In this document: positions 46,625-48,653 of the stretch, one piece after another
Layout: each line of letters opens with the position of its first letter
Position numbering within the stretch: position 1 is the first letter of the stretch
Assembly: GCA_016839365.1 (NCBI GenBank)
Contig: JAEOUH010000020.1
Location: forward strand, 1-48,653
Origin: Candidatus Hermodarchaeota archaeon
GTDB lineage: Archaea; Asgardarchaeota; Hermodarchaeia; Hermodarchaeales; Hermodarchaeaceae
Length of the DNA stretch: 48,653 bases
Direction of reading: 5' to 3'
Translations under genes and position numbers: made by a program
The notes under the pieces: generated by a model
Database searches by the model: none
Told to the model about the DNA's origin: nothing
Seen by the model: only the letters and a program-made list of their open reading frames with translations

Positions 46625-46766
46625 ATGTTCTACCAACAAATGAGGAGAAGTTAAAATGCTATTGCTGAATTCTTTAGGGTTTCCTATTGTAAAACTCTGT
46701 TGAAATAGAATGCGTGCGAGAAAAAGAAAAGAAGATTGCGATTGTGAACAATGCAGGTTCTTTGAG

Positions 46767-47159
46767 CTAACCTTTCTGTTTAGGCCATGTCCATGCATAC
46801 CAAAAAATCAGTGCAGTAAATACAAGGTATAAAATTCCCAAAAATATCTCATAAGAGGGCGCAGTTAAAATTGCTGTGATCAAAAAAATGAGATCAAAAC
46901 CTACCATGAATATGCCTACAATGAGGTTTGCCCACCGATTGGCTTTATATGGTAATGTCAGGGACGGGAAAACCATAACAGCCGGAATCACCGTGATTAC
47001 TGTTATTAGCAGCAAAAGTTCATTAGTCATTGGTATACCGCCCCAGATCTCTCCCGATATTATTTGCTCCAACTTCCCTGGCTCAAGAAATCGGATGATA
47101 TCACCTACAAAACCAGTTATCAATCGAGTTATCCATAATATTGAAAGTTTTATCTTCAC
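46767..47159 (-). CDS. DUF6326-family membrane protein
   Basis: KIKLSILW, GDI..F..PG, IPAVMVF.SL.L..KANRWAN, IFWYAWTWPK. Confidence 0.8.
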   Translation of the reverse strand: MKIKLSILWITRLITGFVGDIIRFLEPGKLEQIISGEIWGGIPMTNELLLLITVITVIPAVMVFPSLTLPYKANRWANLIVGIFMVGFDLIFLITAILTAPSYEIFLGILYLVFTALIFWYAWTWPKQKG

Positions 47160-47265
47160 ATCTTCTATAATAGGCTCACATCCCCCGATTGGCGATATCT
47201 TAGGTTATCTGAAAACTTGTATTATTTATTACTTTTGAGTCGCTGAAACTTTGGAAGTGAAAAAA

Positions 47266-47316
47266 ATGAAAGCAATAGTATGCACAAAATCTGGACCACT
47301 CTGAGACCTTCAGCTT
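47266..47316 (+). pseudogene. 5' remnant of an NAD(P)-dependent alcohol dehydrogenase/quinone oxidoreductase
   Basis: ATG AAA GCA ATA GTA TGC ACA AAA TCT GGA CCA = MKAIVCTKSGP, stop after one more codon, followed by sequence reading ..LQL. Confidence 0.55.
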
Positions 47317-47337
47317 TTCTAGATTTCTGTTTGAGAA

Positions 47338-48432
47338 TTATTTATTCAGACTATCTTTCAAAACAACATCTATCAATAGTTCCTCGTATCTCTCTTTCTC
47401 TTCTATCATTGGCAAATGCCCCGAATTCTCAAAAATAATGAGCTTTTTACCTTTTTCAGCATCTAAGTTGTAATAAAATTTCTCAACAAGAACTGTGGGA
47501 GTAGTCATATCATATTTACCTTCAAAGAAGTATATGGGAACTCTAATAGATTGTATTTCCTTTGTAAGATCGACCTTTTTCAATTCCTCCCACATTGCAT
47601 TCATAGAAAAATGGAATCCTTTGTTTCTGAGAGCTCTAATTCCTTCTGCTAAGGAATATTCAGGAGAAGTCAAGAAGTGCATCACTAAAGCTATCATTTC
47701 CCTAATAGGCTTATCACGCATGAGTCCTCCATAGCGGGTAATCTGCCCTTCCATTTTTAGGAATTTCTTCGGTGATTCATAAGGTGGTGGGCCAATTGCT
47801 TTTATTGCCTTTTGTCTCCCTGCATCTCCGGATTTTTCAGCTTCTTCAACTAGAAAATCGTATGATACTTTTTGCCCTTCATATTCGTTTACAACTTGCG
47901 CCACTCCTACATACGCATGTATTTTCTCCGGATATTTGTGTGCAGTCTTAATTCCTATTATCGTTCCCCCTGAATGCCCAATAATGAAAACCTTCTGCGT
48001 GTGAAATCGGTTTCGCAAATAATCAATTAACTCATTACAGTCCTCAACAAACCTATCTAACGTCATTGAATCAACTGGGATATCACGATTAAATGATTTG
48101 CCAGCCCCGCGTTGATCCCAATGAACTACCGTGAAATGTTTAATTAACTCCGCATCATATTTACGCGAACTTGACATCCCCAACAATGGCGCACCAGGAC
48201 CACCATGTAAAAATAACAAAACTGGATTTTTTTGATCTGTCCCTCTGATAAATATCCATTGTTTTACACCACCCAATGTAATCTCTTCTAATGAACTTAT
48301 GCCATTAGGAGTTTCTATTTTCGTCGAATTTTTCAAGTAGGCTCTGTACACGTGTAAGCTCACAAAAACAAGGAATGAAAGCCCTAATACAATATACGCA
48401 ACCCATCTCATAATCTGTAAAAGTCTGTTCAT
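47338..48432 (-). CDS. Alpha/beta hydrolase (proline iminopeptidase-like) with N-terminal TM helix
   Basis: LHGGPG, WDQRGAGKS, GHSGG nucleophile, G.YD..TP, FENSGH; ATGA overlap with upstream gene. Confidence 0.88.
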   Translation of the reverse strand: MNRLLQIMRWVAYIVLGLSFLVFVSLHVYRAYLKNSTKIETPNGISSLEEITLGGVKQWIFIRGTDQKNPVLLFLHGGPGAPLLGMSSSRKYDAELIKHFTVVHWDQRGAGKSFNRDIPVDSMTLDRFVEDCNELIDYLRNRFHTQKVFIIGHSGGTIIGIKTAHKYPEKIHAYVGVAQVVNEYEGQKVSYDFLVEEAEKSGDAGRQKAIKAIGPPPYESPKKFLKMEGQITRYGGLMRDKPIREMIALVMHFLTSPEYSLAEGIRALRNKGFHFSMNAMWEELKKVDLTKEIQSIRVPIYFFEGKYDMTTPTVLVEKFYYNLDAEKGKKLIIFENSGHLPMIEEKERYEELLIDVVLKDSLNK

Positions 48433-48653
48433 CTCATTTCTCCTTGTAATGCAAATGCATTGAATCCTTTCACGATCAGCCAGAGTGCCATCACCATTTC
48501 TTGCACGGCGATTGGAAGATCCCACAAGATCCCCAACACGGGAACGTCAGTAAGCCAGCCGAACATCACGAACACGCCTGCTGTGAGATGCAATGCGGCT
48601 CCAATAAAGCCCCAGCCCGATAGCCATCGCGGAATGAGTTGTGATTGATACAA
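48429..48653 (-). CDS. DUF4386-family membrane protein, C-terminal part (5' end outside window)
   Basis: YQSQLIPRWLSGWG.IG, P.A.QEMV.A.WLIVKGFN. Confidence 0.8.
   Translation of the reverse strand: MYQSQLIPRWLSGWGFIGAALHLTAGVFVMFGWLTDVPVLGILWDLPIAVQEMVMALWLIVKGFNAFALQGEMR

Overview
Chromosomal segment of an Asgard archaeon, inferred from archaeal information-processing genes (TFB, ABCE1, PolB1, archaeal-type LeuRS/ThrRS, two tRNA-Arg) together with many eukaryotic-signature proteins; the class cannot be fixed from this window. Main features: (1) a ubiquitin-ESCRT supercluster at 37.3-44.7 kb with E1, E2, ubiquitin, an Rbx1/Apc11-like RING, Vps23, Vps28, an apparent stand-alone duplicate of the Vps28 C-terminal domain, Vps22, Vps25 and Vps4, but no ESCRT-III or deubiquitinase; (2) a likely operon with two tandem divergent actin-related proteins followed by coiled-coil and polyproline proteins (15.6-20.1 kb); (3) a cytosolic protein with an adaptin mu-homology-like domain; (4) PolB1 with a 349-aa LAGLIDADG intein; (5) a NikR-regulated metal ABC transporter; (6) a highly base-paired ~150-nt element upstream of leuS; (7) an AT-richer accessory region from ~44.8 kb punctuated by degenerate copies of the vps4 upstream sequence. 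All assignments come from motif recognition by eye; no database searches were run.
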